Positions 14,170 to 26,759 of a stretch of 64,000 nucleotides of DNA are shown here, one piece after another; the first letter of the stretch is position 1; every line of letters begins with the position of its first letter. The DNA is from Camelus dromedarius (lineage: Eukaryota): assembly GCF_036321535.1 (NCBI RefSeq), contig NC_087436.1:111230001-111294000 (forward strand), written 5' to 3'. The translations under genes and the position numbers were made by a program. A model generated the notes under the pieces. The model was given only the letters and a program-made list of their open reading frames with translations. It did no database searches and had not been told where the DNA came from.

Positions 14170-14856
14170 AATCCAGTTCTAAAGCAAGTCCTGATGACTT
14201 TACCCCGTAAACATAACAAGTCCAGCCTCCTCCATTCTCCACGTCCACCTCCATCCTAGTCCAAGCCACCTTCACCTCCGGCCCCCAGTCCCTCCTGTGG
14301 CCTCCTCGTGGTCCACTCTTGCCCCCTCTCACAGCCGCAAGAATTACCTTATACAGTATAAACCAAAGCATGCCATTCTTCTGTTTCAAACCTACCAATG
14401 GCTTCTCATTTCACTCGGACTCAAATCTGTTCACCTAAGATAAATTCTTTATCATGGTCACTTGAGGTGGCTGCTGTCCACTTCTCAATGTCATCTCCTT
14501 GGCCACACTGGCCTTCTTTCAGGCCTTCAGAGGTACCTGGCTGGGGCCACTTGGAGCCTTTGACCTCATGGTTTCTTCTACCTGATCCTGGCTTGACTCA
14601 GATGTCTCTTAAGAGGGGGCCTCGCTGCTCATCTAGACCATGCTGCTGCCCAGCCCTCTCCTAGGTGCCCTCAGTTCCATCTGCTATTTCTGTTTTTCCC
14701 ATCTGTTTATCTGTTTATCGCTTTCCCTCCCAACCAAGGAAGTTCCTTGAGGGCAGGGATTTCTGTGTGCTCTTCTCTCTTATACCCCTGTGCTTGGCAC
14801 AGCACCTGGTTAGTGATCGGTGCCCAGCAAGTGTTTGTCGATGGACTAAATGAACA
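14170..14856 (+). mobile_element. L2 3' fragment
   Basis: Ends in the L2 terminus (GAGGGCAGGGATTTCTGT...GCACAGCACCTGG...AAGTGTTTGTCGATGGACTAAATGAA). Confidence 0.7.
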
Positions 14857-15607
14857 AAACTCTTCCTAGACCTCCTGCAGCTCCTAGGATAAAATATCAC
14901 GTTTGAACCACAGCCTACATACAGTCATCTCATGGGAGAGTGGGGAGGCACCTTTCTCAAGGCCAGAACTCAGGAGGCACTAGCCTCCAATTTCTAGTTT
15001 TCTGAGCACAATGGAGAACCGGCTATATCTGACAAATAAGTGGACCTCTCCCTAGTCCTTCATGGGCCAACATCTGACTGAGTCACTCCCAGCCCCTGAC
15101 CTCTGACAGAGGGTTGGACCAAACTTGGTACCTCCATTTGGTCAAATCCAGATTCCTTCAGGACACCAGAATGATGAGATAAAATAAAAACATTGATGAC
15201 CAGTTATATCTAGAAAACATAACCATTTTAGAAAAATCAAAAATATAGGTAAGCAAAAAGAAAAAGAGTTCAAAGTATCCCCAGACCTATAATAACCATA
15301 GTGATATAAAAACTAATAACATTTTGGTATAGCCTGCTCTGTGGTTTCCCGTACAATACAGACATGTATTTTAAAAAATCGTTCTATCATATATAGCTAT
15401 TGCATCCCCTGGGTTTTTTCCCCGTCACAGTAAATCTGGAGCTCTCCAGTATAACTTTTAATGGTTATGTGAGTCCTCCATTTTATAAGTATTGCATAAC
15501 ATAACTTCTTTCATGTAAGAAACTTTTACTGAGTGCCTTCATGTGCCATGTAAGATATCTTATCTCATGGACCTTACAGGCATGAGAAGTAGAAAGAAGT
15601 ATGAATA

Positions 15608-15822
15608 GAGGGGAAGGTATAGCTCAGTAGTAGAGCACGTGCTTAGCATGCATGAGGCCCTGGGTTCAATCCCCAGTACCTCCATTAAAAATTAATGATT
15701 TCTTGTAATAACATATAATGGAAAAGCATCTGAAAAGAAAATATATATGTATGCATGTGTATGTATAACCAAATCACTTTGCTGTACACCTGAAATTAGC
15801 AGCGTAAATCAACTACACTTCA
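15608..15822 (+). mobile_element. Composite insertion: Vic-1-like SINE head (copy 3) fused to an L1 3' end
   Basis: SINE head ~15608-15690 followed by L1 tail ~15700-15822. One TSD pair flanks both: AGAAAGAAGTATGAATA (15591-15607) and AGAAAGAAGTGTGAATA (15823-15839). Confidence 0.85.
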
Positions 15823-15948
15823 AGAAAGAAGTGTGAATACAATAGAAGACCTCCTATTCAATGTCATGTGAACATTGTCAATAACTGAAAAGTGAAAACT
15901 GTAAAAGAAAAACCCTAACACATACATAACCTTTTTTTTAGCTTATAA

Positions 15949-16455
15949 CAGAAGTTAGCAAATGGTGCTCCAGGTCAGATCAGCCCACAGCTCATTTTTG
16001 TATGGCTTGTGAGTTAAGGATGGTTTTTATTTTGGTTTTGGTTTTGGTTTTTTTGGGGAGTGGAGGGTGATAATTAGGGTTCTTTATGTATTTTTAATTA
16101 ATTTTTTATTTTATTTTATTTTTTAGAGGAGGTACTGGGGATTGAACTCAGGACCTTGTACATGCTAAGCATGCACTCTACCTCTGAGCTATACCCTCCA
16201 CCCAAGAATGGTTTTTACATTTTTAAGTTCTCGAAAAACATAAGAACAATATTTGGTGACACATGAAAAGTATATGAAATTCAAATTTAGTGTCCAAAAT
16301 AAAGTTTTATTGAATACAGCCATGCACATTCATTTAGAGGTTGTCTAGGGTAGCTTTCGTGCTAAAATGTCAGATTTGAATAATTGTGACAGAGACCAAC
16401 TAAAGCCTAAAATAATTACTGTTGGCCCTTTACGGAAAAATTTTGAGGACCCCTA
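15949..16455 (+). mobile_element. MER58B-like hAT-Charlie DNA transposon interrupted by a SINE
   Basis: AAGAATGGTTTTTACATTTTTAA, TATATGAAATTCAAATTT, AATAAAGTTTTATTG and GGCCCTTTACGGAAAAA...GACCCCT match the recalled MER58B consensus. Confidence 0.85.
16030..16203 (-). mobile_element. tRNA-derived SINE (Vic-1-like), copy 4, nested in MER58B
   Basis: Antisense head ...GGGATTGAAC...CTGAGCTATACCCTCC. TSD AAGGATGGTTTTTA (16016-16029) / AAGAATGGTTTTTA (16204-16217). Confidence 0.92.
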
Positions 16456-16579
16456 GTGTAAAGCATGTGGATGAACACTTATTCACTAATCTTTTCATGT
16501 GAGGCTCAGTTTCAATTCTTTGGGACGACTTGCTGATTGACATTTCACCTTATTTGTCTTGCATAAACTAGACCCTAGT

Positions 16580-16716
16580 TAGAGTGATCTTTTAATTTAT
16601 CATTCAAACTGGGACACTTCTGAGAATGAAAGGGGGCAACCAAACCAGAGAGGGCACTGAAACAACAGGTGTAAACAGGACCTGTCCCAGCCTGACCGGG
16701 ATGTAAGATTAACCTG
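16580..16716. mobile_element. MER94-like hAT MITE
   Basis: TAATTTATCATTCAAACTGGGACACTTCTGAGAATGAAAGGGGGC...ACAACAGGTGTAAACAGGAC..GTCCC resembles the recalled MER94 consensus. Confidence 0.65.
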
Positions 16717-18129
16717 CCCATAATGCGTTATCATTTTGGCGTCCCTAAAGTGGAGAATGAGAACCTAAAACACATGTGAAACAGTCGGAATTCAGGCTAC
16801 TTCTAAACTTTTGAAACTTTTCACTTCTGTCACACCTAATTGAATACCAGGGTTTTTTTCTCTAGCAACTTCCTTTACTGAGTCTTTTCAAAGCATTCAG
16901 TCCAGTTTTCATAGGAACAACATCTTACTCTTTACATTCATATGTAACTGACTCAGTGTGCTGTTAAATTACATACTTAAAATAGCAAATACAACTGGCA
17001 TAAAGTTGTAACAAGTGAGGATTAGTGTGAGCAGAAGTGTGGTGGCTTTCCAGAGGAAGAGTATTAAGTTATCCACATGGTGATTGAATGGAGACTGGTT
17101 AAAAGAGCTTCTACTGTTTTTATACAAAAATTGCAATACAATTTTGACATGCTACCCAAGCAAGAAGTATGAAGACATTGAACAATCTGAGGGATCAAGA
17201 AAGACTCCCTGTGATAGGTGGGGGTTATTACTGGATATTTTGGTTGATTCCAGTTTCTCAGTATTATAATCAGTATTGTGATGGACATTCTTGAGACTCT
17301 GTCACTGCACTCTTGCTAGATTATTTCCTGGAGGTAGATCTCTATGAGCAGAACTCACCTTTATTATAGTCAGACAGCTGAGAAAGAATGTCAGTTAGAC
17401 TGGAAAAGACCTGTAGAGAGGAGTATTTATCGATTAGTTAAAAACAATCTAATAGACAAGATGTACAGAGGTCCATACTTATTAACTATGAAGCTTGCCA
17501 TATTTTAAAAGGCATTTACTACAACTCTTTTCTCCTATAATGCGAACACTTGAACAGTTCCATGGGCGCAGCACTTAACAGAGACAATGGTGTAATTACT
17601 TTCCAACCGCAGTGGCGAGATAACAAGCCCAGGCTGTCAGTTCACATTATGACTGTTTAATGGGCCTATTTGAAGTTACTCACTGTATTCTCAGCCTCCA
17701 GGGTAAGACAATATACCTGGTAAATGCTCCCCGGTTGCTTAAGGCACTAGAGAGACAAGCAGCTCTCTCACAGCTCGGGGGTCTGCAGGAACCCAGGGCA
17801 CACCAGCAATTCTCCCTGTCTTGTCCCTGGTCTCATGAGGGTCTTTTTCTTCACTGTGGAACCTTCAGAACATGAAGCCGAAAGACTACGTGTGACTCTT
17901 TGATGTCATCACCAGGAATCATGTTCCCAGCCTCCTGGGACAGAATGTGGGATACAGAGCTCCTGAAAAGATATGTCCCTGCCTGCTGAATGCCGATCAG
18001 CTATCACATAGCTTTCCCCTTTGAACTTCAGGCTCAAATGCCTGCCCAAGAGGTTATCTTAAAATGCAAGTCCAAGAGATTATTCCATCTTTTACAGCTT
18101 TGTGCTAACTGTGCACTTGGCAGATGCTG

Positions 18130-20683
18130 TCTTCAGTTGATGGTAGCCCTGGTCGACCATGGAATAGCCTTCCAGTAGATATCAGAACCCCGGAACCTGT
18201 GGATGCTACTTATTTGGAAAAGGGTTCTCTGCAGATTAAGTTAAGCATATTGAAATGAGATTATTTTGTATTCTCTGGGTGGTCCTTAAATCCAATGACA
18301 AGTATCCTTTTAAGAGAAAGGAGAGGGGGCTTTGAGACAGAAGAGGCAACGGCCACGTGAAGATGGAGGCAGAGGTGGGAGTAATGCAGCCACAAGCCAA
18401 ACAGCACCTGGAACCACAAAAAGCTGGAAGTGACAGCAGGGAGTGTGGCCCTGCAGTCACCTTGATCTTGAACTTCTGACCTCCAGGACTGCGAAAAAAC
18501 AAAGTTCTGTTTTCCTTTAATAAGTTTCAGGTGTGCAGCATTGTAATTCGACATCTGTGGACATTACCAAGTGATCACCGCCACAAGGGTAGCTGCTATC
18601 CATCACCCTAAGTTGACCTCCTTCACCCATTTCACCACTCCCCAACCTGCCTTCTCCTTTGGTAACCACTTATCTGTTCTCCATGCCTATGAGTTTGTTT
18701 TTGTTTTGTTTTGTTTGTTCATTTGTTTTGTGTTTTTAGATTGCATATGTGGGTGAATTGTAAAATGTTTGTCTTTCTCCATCTGATTTATTTCACTTAG
18801 CATACTATCTTCAGGTCTATCTATGTTGTCCCAAATGGCAGGATTTCATTCTTTTTATGGCTGAGTAGTATTCCACTGTGTGTATATGTATACCATATCC
18901 TTACGCATTCATTCACTGATGAATACTTAGGTTGTTCTGTATGTTGGCTGTTGTAAACAGTGCTGCAGTGAACATAAGTGTGCACATATCTTTTCAGATT
19001 AGCGGTTTCATGTTCTCTGAATAAATACCCAGAAGTGGGTCATATAGTAGTTTTATTCTTAATTTTTCAAGGACTATCCTACTGTTTTCCATAGTAGCTG
19101 CACCAATTTACAGTCCCATCAACATGTTTTCTCCATATCGTCACCAATATTAATTTCTTGTCTTTTCAGTAATAGCCATTCTAACAGGTGTGAGATGATA
19201 TCTCATTGTGATTTTGATTTACATTTCCCTAGTAATTAGTGATGTTGAACATCTTTTCATGTGCCTCTTGGCCACCTGTATGTCTTCTTTGGAAAAATAT
19301 ATATTCAGAGCCCCTGCCCATTTTTAACCCTGCCCATTTTTTAATCAGATGGTTGGTCTTTTTGTTGTTGACTTGCATGAGTTCTTTGTATATTTTGGAT
19401 ATTAATTCCTTATCAGGTATATGATTTGCAAATAATCTTCTCCCATCCAGTTCATTGCCTTTTCATTTTGATAATGGTTTCCTTTGCTGTGCAGAAGCCT
19501 TTTAGTTTAATGTAGTTCCATTTATTTATTTTCGCTTTTGTTTCCCTTGTCTTTGGAGTCACAGCCACAAAACATCACTAAGACTCATGTCAGTGAGGTT
19601 GCCATCTGTTTTCTTCTAGGAATTTTATGGTTTCAGGTCTTACATTCAAGGCTTTAATCTATTTTGACTTCATAATTGTGTATGGTGTAAGATAGTGTCT
19701 AGTTTCTTCTTTTGCTTGTGGTTGTCCAGTTTTCCCAACACCATTTACTGAAGAGACTGTCCTTTCTTCACTATCTGTTCTTTGCTCCTTTATTATAAAT
19801 TAATTGTCCATATATGTATAGGTTAATTTATGGGCTCTCAGTTCTGTTCCATTGATCTTTGTGTCTGTTTTTGTGCCAGTACCATATGTTTTGATTACCA
19901 CAGTTTTGTAGTATAGTTTTAAATCAAGGAGTATGATACTTCCAGCTTTGTTCTTCTTTCTCAATGTTATTTTGCTATTTGGGATCTTTTGTGTTTCCAT
20001 ATAATTTTAGAATTATTTATTATTGTTCTGTGCAATATATCATAGCAATTTTGACAGGTATTGCATTGAATCTGTAGTTTGCTTTGGGTAGTATGGATAT
20101 GATAGTAACAATATTAATTCTTCCAATCCGTGAACATGGAATATCTTTCCGTTTATTTGTGTCTTCTTCAGTTTGTCAGTTCTTATAGTTTTCATTGTAC
20201 AAGTCTTTCACCTCCATGGTTAACTTTATTCCTAGGTATTTTATTCTTTTTGATGCAATTGTAAATAGGATCATTTTCTTAATTTCTCTTTCTGTTGGTT
20301 TGTTATTAGTGCACAGAAATGCCACAGATTTCCGTGTATTGATCTTGTATTCTGTGACTTTACTGAATTTATGTATTAGTTCTAACAGTTTTTTGGTAGC
20401 ATCTTTAGGGTTTTTTTATGTGTGGTATTATATCATCTACAAACAGTGATAGTTTTATTTCTCCCTTTCTGATGTGGAGGCCTTTTATTTCTTTTTTCTG
20501 CCTAATTGCTAATGGCTAAGACTTCCAGTACTATGTTGAGTAAAGGTAGCAAGAGTGGGCATCCTTGTCTTGTTCCTGATCATAGAGGAAAAGCTAAAAG
20601 TTTTTTTACCATTAATAAAGTTCTGTTGTTTTAAGCCACATGTTTGTGGTGATTAGTTATGGCAGCCGGGGGAAATTAATCCA
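18130..20683 (+). mobile_element. MLT1 (MaLR, MLT1C-like) LTR split by an L1 insertion
   Basis: 5' part 18130-18511 (GTGAAGATGGAGGCAGAG...GCAGCCACAAGCCAA; GAACTTCTGACCTCCAGGACTG). 3' part 20614-20683 (AATAAAGTTCTGTTGTTTTAAGCCAC...TTATGGCAGCC). Confidence 0.85.
18512..20613 (-). mobile_element. 5'-truncated L1 (~2.1 kb) with decayed ORF2
   Basis: Minus-strand ORF 19800-20000 contains RKKNKAGSIILLDLKLYYKTVVIKT, an L1 ORF2p remnant. TSD AAAGTTCTGTT (18501-18511 and 20617-20627). Confidence 0.92.
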
Positions 20684-22486
20684 CTGACTAACTTTCACAG
20701 TATCCTCTTCACCATTGCTGAAGGCTTCTTCCTTCTCAGACCCCTGCAATAGTTGTCAGAATCAACTAGGGAGCATTTTTAACAAAAATTGAGACCAGTT
20801 TATTAAAACCTTTGTGTGGGGCTCAGGCAATTATGCATTTTAAAGACTCCATTGGTGACTGTGACTTTAGCCTGATTCTAAAATCGCTGCAGCAGGTTGT
20901 TGGCCTGTGGTCTCTGTGATGGGTGCAGGTCCATTGCCTGGCCCCGGATCTGCTTGCTTCGTCTGGTGTCAGAGAGACTGTGTGTCTGTCTTATTTCTTC
21001 TACTTCTCTAGAAGCTCTTTAGGCCAGTGCTGTTCAAATGTTAGTATTAAACACAAATGGTGAGGTCCACCTGCATCATTTCTCATTCAGTTGATCATGG
21101 GTGAGGCTGGAGAACTTGCCTTTTAAACAAGCTCAAGCGATGCTGCAGACTACAGTATGAGAAAGCCTTTAGGACCATCAGGACTCTCTGTTTTGCCTTC
21201 CTCATGTTTGAACTTCCAACAGCTTCTAGCACAGTGCCCTGCTCTCAGTAATATTCAGTAATATGAATTGGATTATTCTGAACTGTCAAACCCTTGATGA
21301 CAAGGACCTCGCTTATACCTTTTCTATACATCTTTAGCACCTTCATTAATGCCAGGACACAGAGGGTGCCAGTAGGAGACATATTAAAGGGTGGCTGCAC
21401 CAGCAAAACTCCCATCTGTAAGGGTTGCTAACACATCGCTAGGTGCCAGCACATCACAGGAAATGCAGAGGGTTGCTAAAATGGCAGAACCCCCTTGAGA
21501 GAAGTATTGCACGTGCCTCACTGGCTGTTTCCAGTTGCAGGTGTGACTTGGAAGGGCTTGTTAAATTATGTGATGAACAATAAACTGCTTTGTGAAGGAG
21601 GGCACCGCTGGTTAACCTCAAGGCTTTAGTTTTACCAACTAAATAGGCAAGTTTGGGGCCAGAGCTGACTTGCTCCAGGCAGTAAAAGAAAGAGTCATCT
21701 CCCTTCCGCAGTTCTGCTCCATCCTTCCCCTCGTGTTGCCTTCAGTCACTTAAATGGGCATTGGCCAATTAGAGGTTTGAAAGAGTGACAGATGTGAGCC
21801 TGCTTAGTTGACCCACGTGTCTTGGTCTCGTTTTGCACCCTGCTGATGATTTCGGTATGATTAGGATTACAGAAGCATTTGGGGGTAGAGTAAGGATCAT
21901 GCAGATAGGATGTGGGGGGTGGGTAGCGTTAGGAGTGATAGCTTCATATTTTGAAAACACAGTTTATCAAAATCACATTTTCAGTTAAGCCAAACCATTT
22001 TTAAGAAAGTGAAAAAGAACCTGTTTCTGATTTTTGTCCATTTTCCCCCCAAGGTAGTGTGCCCTTGAGAAGTATGCCCCTCAAACACCTGCTTTTCCTT
22101 GCCCTTGCAAGCTCATTAATGATCTTTTCCCAGAGACCCAGAAATATCAAATTCCATTAAAAGGCTTATCATTAAATACAACACAGCTCTTTATGTGGGA
22201 GAAGGATGGCCTCTGAATAAGAGTCCATTAGGGCTGTGGGCTGGAAAAAAATGGGTCAGCTTTCTTTTAAGGGAGAAATTAATACAGCGGGCAGGAGCCA
22301 GCAACACGGTGACATTCATCTTTGTGGAGCTCTTCCTCTTGGCGCTGCCAAAGTGCGTCTGTCCAGACTTGCTATTCCTGTCCTCAGGCCCCTGGAGCAG
22401 GGCCCATTTGTCCTGCGGAAGCCTATCAAATTGTCTAGCGACAGCCTAAATAAATATGAACAGGGAGATTAGAGCTGAGTATCGGT

Positions 22487-22517
<31 letters not shown>

Positions 22518-22543
22518 GCGTGTGTGCGCGTGCACATGCACAC
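22487..22543. repeat. (TG)n/(TGCG) compound microsatellite
   Basis: About 57 bp of uninterrupted purine-pyrimidine alternation. Confidence 0.95.
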
Positions 22544-24068
22544 TCTGAATGTCATCTAAACCAGGCTGTCAGGAAAGCAAAAGTTAATGGGTAACTCGTT
22601 CGCTGACCTCTTTCCCCTTTGTGGGGTCCTAATGTCAGGTCCACGAATGATGGCTTATACCCAAGTCCGGGAGGTGCTGTCCCCAGAAAAGAGCTGGTAT
22701 AAGAAAGTTTGTTTCCAGTGCAGGAGGTGAGTGCTCGAAAGGACTGTCCAGTGTCCAGTCTCCTCATGGTGACTTAGGCAAGCTGAAGCCCTGGGCGTGG
22801 TGGGCCCTTGGAAGCTGAGGTTGGCAGGCAGGGGAGGAGCCTGTGCTGAACAGATGGGAGCTGGGAAACGAATGTCCCTTTGAGAGTAGCCAGGGACATG
22901 GTGTCCGAAAAGCACAGGAAACACAGGGGTGAATCAGGCACACGTCTACCTGGGAGAGCTGTTCAGCTCTGTGAGCCAGGGCAGTGAGGGGTTCCAGAAG
23001 GTGGATGATTCAGGATTCAGGGGAGCTGGCAGTCAGAGTGGGTTTCTGTCCCCCTGCTCATAGGATATGACAAGAAAACTCAACTCTACAGAAGGAGGGT
23101 GTTGGCAGAGTGCCAGGTTCTTAGCCGACAACACGGAGAATTTAAGGAGCTTATTAAGACATCCGAGGAGGAGATGTCTTGTAGGACACTTGATGTATAT
23201 ATAGTTGTGCTAGTATGGATGTTTGGATTATTGTTCAGTAAATACTCACTCATTCCTGTCCTGTACCCCATGAACAGAGATTCTGTCCTCCTTCCATTGA
23301 TGGTGGGCTTCTCCTTGGCGACTGCCATGAAAAAAGCATGTACTGATTGGCCTCTGCAGCCTGGTGCTTGTGAGCAGACCTGAATCCAGCTCACAGCCTG
23401 GAGCCAAGCCCGGATGATATGACACCTGAAACCCAGGGCAGATCCACTCAGCCAAGGCCAACCACAGTCACCCTCCATGAGAATAAATGCTTCTTGTTGT
23501 ATGTCACTGAGTTTGGGGGGCAGTTTGTTATGCAGCGTTATTGTGGACAGTCCCTGATGAAGACAGTGGGGCTGGAGCTTAGAAAAGATATCATGACTGG
23601 AGATTCAGTTTTAGGAATTATCAACTCATAGGGGATAGTTGTTTATTTGTTTACTCACTCATTCACTCAGCAAATATTTAGTACAAGCTGATTCTAGGCT
23701 GGGTACGTACTCATTGGCTTGGAGCATACAATCCAAGATCCTCATGGAAATAGGTCTCTTGGCAGCTTTCCCAGGGAGAATTTGCAGAGTAAGAAAATGT
23801 TGTCAAAAACGAAACCTTGAGGATTGCTAACCCATAATCAAGAGAGTGAGAGCCTTCTGAGAAGCACCAGGAGACCCAGGTGAAGGTGGTGTTTCATCTT
23901 AGAGAAGAGGCCTTCAAGAGGGAGTGTTGACTGAGGTTGGCGCAAAAAGGGAAGGCAGCTTGAGGCCTAAAACAAAGTCATTGTAAGTGGTCATTGGTGG
24001 CCTGGGTGTCATTAGAGTGATGGGCCAGAGTTGGGAGGGCATGGTGCTGAGAGCCACGTGTTGGCTTC

Positions 24069-24465
24069 TGTGTTAGTCAGCTCAGGCTGCCACAGCAAAA
24101 TACCACAGACCCGATGTCTTAAACAACAAGAATTATCTTCTCACAGTTCTGGAGGCTCCAAGTTCAAGATCAAGGTGCCGACAGTGCTGGTTTTTGGTGA
24201 GAGATCTCTTCTTGGCTTGTAGACAGCACAGGGCCCTCTCGCTCTATCCTGACATGGCCTTTCTTCTGTGAACATGTGGAAAGAGACAGGCATCTTTGGT
24301 GTCTCTTCTCTTTCTTATAAGATACCGGTCCTATCAGATTAGAAACCCACCCTTATGACTTGAACTTAATTACCTCCTTAAAGATTCTCTCGCCAAATAC
24401 AGTCACTTTGTGGGGTAGGGCTTCAACATAGGAATTTGGGAGGGGACACAATTCAGTCCATAACA
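24069..24465 (-). mobile_element. Full-length MLT1A/B-type MaLR solo LTR
   Basis: TGTGTTAGTC...CTCACAGTTCTGGAGGCT..AAGTTCAAGATCAAGGTG...GGGGACACAATTCAGTCCATAACA. 5-bp flanks GCTTC/GCATC (4/5 TSD). Confidence 0.88.
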
Positions 24466-25116
24466 GCATCAGGAGACTTGGCTCTGGTTCCAGCCTTACC
24501 ACTGCCTGGACCACCCTGTGAACTTCCCCCAGGACTCCCTGTCCTGATCCAGAAGGCACAGTGCCCACCTCAACTACCACCTACCTGCCTCAGGGTTGCT
24601 GCAAAAAGAAAGTGAAATAAATTCCTTGTATCTCCAGGCCACCCAGGAGTCCAGTCAAGGTTTACTTAGTTGCAAAAGGGATCCTGGATAACCACCCCTA
24701 CCAAATTCCGCCCTCTCTTTCCCTGTGGGTCCCGGATGGGACACCTGTTTTCGTGTTGACTTTTCATGCCTCTTGGCTGCTGCTTCCGGTGCCTTCTCCA
24801 TCCTTCCTCCTTGGGAAGGGGGGCTCCTCTGCTGCCCCTGCCCAGGTGCTGATGTTCCTTTCCCTCACCGAGCTCACTCTCCTGGAGGTGCGGAGACAGC
24901 CCTCCCCTCTGGCTTTCAGCCATCCTGGTGAGACCCTGAGGGCAGCCTCATGCTTTCAGTTTCCTCATAGTCTCTCCTCTGGGGAACACAAGCTACCTGT
25001 TTCTGAGGTTTCTAGGTCAGAGAACACTTGAGGGCTCAGAGATCACTCCGAGCTCGCTTTGTGCTGACGGTCAACCAGGGCCCAGGAGGGAGCCCAGACA
25101 TTACCTCAGGCTGGGG

Positions 25117-25345
25117 CAGGTCATCTCAGCCTGGGCACTGCTGATACCTGGGGCCGAATCATTCTTGGTTGTGAGAGGCTGTGCTGCGCATTGTAGGACA
25201 TTTAGCAGCGTCCCTCGCTCTACTCACTAAATGCCAGGAGCCCTCTCCCAGCTGTGACAACCGGCAATGTCTCAAGATGTTACCATATTTCCCCTGGGGG
25301 TTGGGGGCGGGGAGGTACCATCCAACCCATTGGTTGAGAACAGAA
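25117..25345 (+). mobile_element. MER20-like hAT element
   Basis: GGCTGTGCTGCGCATTGTAGGACATTTAGCAGCGTCCCT...TGTGACAACC..AATGTCTC...GGTTGAGAAC. Confidence 0.8.
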
Positions 25346-26759
25346 CCAATGACATAGGACGAGGTCCTAGTTCACTCAAGGCTGGAGCAACCTCTGGACA
25401 TTGACTTTGAAGAGCTTTCAGTTTACTATCTTAGGAGTCCACAAAGTCCCAGAGTCCCCTGGAGAAAAAGCCTTTCTTCCAGGAAGCCCCGCAGGCTCTT
25501 ATGCAAAAATGCAACAGCGTGGTGCTGGTAAACCAGGGTTTTCAAGGAGGACCAGGGGTTAGGCTTCCCAGTTTCCCAGAAGCCTTTTAAGACTCTAAGT
25601 GCTCTGAAAATTAAAAGGACAATTCACACGTAACTAGCAATGCCTGATAATGTGGTTTACTTGGGGTTTTTTTTTACTACCTTAAATCAGGTAAAACAGC
25701 TGGGCAGAGTGGAAATGAAGGCCAGCACCACCACCAACGTGCAGTGCAGGGTGCCGCGGAGAAGAGGAGCGACTGATTGTGACTCCTGAGCGGCGCACAG
25801 CTGTCACCCGGGCCCCCTCCCACTAAGTGCCACTTAACGGCCTCCAGGAATCTTATTTATCACCCCTTTCGCTTCGCTGTGGGAGCCCCCTCACTTATGC
25901 AATAAAAATGACAAGTCACCCTTCTGCAGATGCTTCAACAGGCCCTAGAGGTCAAAGCCATCTCTTCCTCTTGCCTTGGAAAAAAATTGCACCTGTCACA
26001 TTTCTGAAACAGATACAAAAGCCTGGCACCCTCCCCCCCAAAACCCAACCATCTAAATCATCTTCACAGCAACAGACAGCTCCTTGGCTGTGGCTGCAGA
26101 GAGGCAGCCGAGCCCATACTGAAAGCAATTATGGACTATTTGAAATTTCAGCCAAATATCCTGTAGTTGCTGATATTGAATAAATGATCACTGACGGCTA
26201 GACTGACTGATGCTAAGATTATCATGAAATAGTGCTGCTTGAAAAATATATAGGATAAGTCCCTTTTAAGGTGACGTTAAAATACAATGTATAATTAACT
26301 CAGTACTGACAAAACAGGGCAAGTTTTAGTCCAGTCCATTCCTGGAGCTAGCAATGACCTGGGGATGACTCAGTCATTCCCCGGGTTCACACATTGGACA
26401 CTAGAGGAGCTAAGAGGCTTCTCTGAGGTCACGCAGCTGGTTAGTAGCAGGGCAGGGTAAGTTGTGCGGAGATTGTTAGTTTTGGTTTGGGCACTTTGAG
26501 TTTGGAGGTCCTGAGAGGCATCCAAGTCAAGGTGTCAGGAAGGCAGTTGTGTATTTTTAATGGTCCTTTAGGAGAGAGGTCAGGGTTTGAGTTCTCAATT
26601 TGACGGTGGACATTGCGGAACACTTCGCTCACACATATTTCCGCCCTGTTTCTGGCATGTACCACAGAGGCTGGGAAGCTTGGATGTACATTCCCCAGGA
26701 TTCCTTACAACTTGATTTCTTGATAGGATTCTGGTCATACCAATCATATGCTCTCTGGT

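Noticed and set aside
22339..22351. TTGGCGCTGCCAA as an NFI site
   Set aside because: The half-site spacing is 3 nt rather than the canonical 5.
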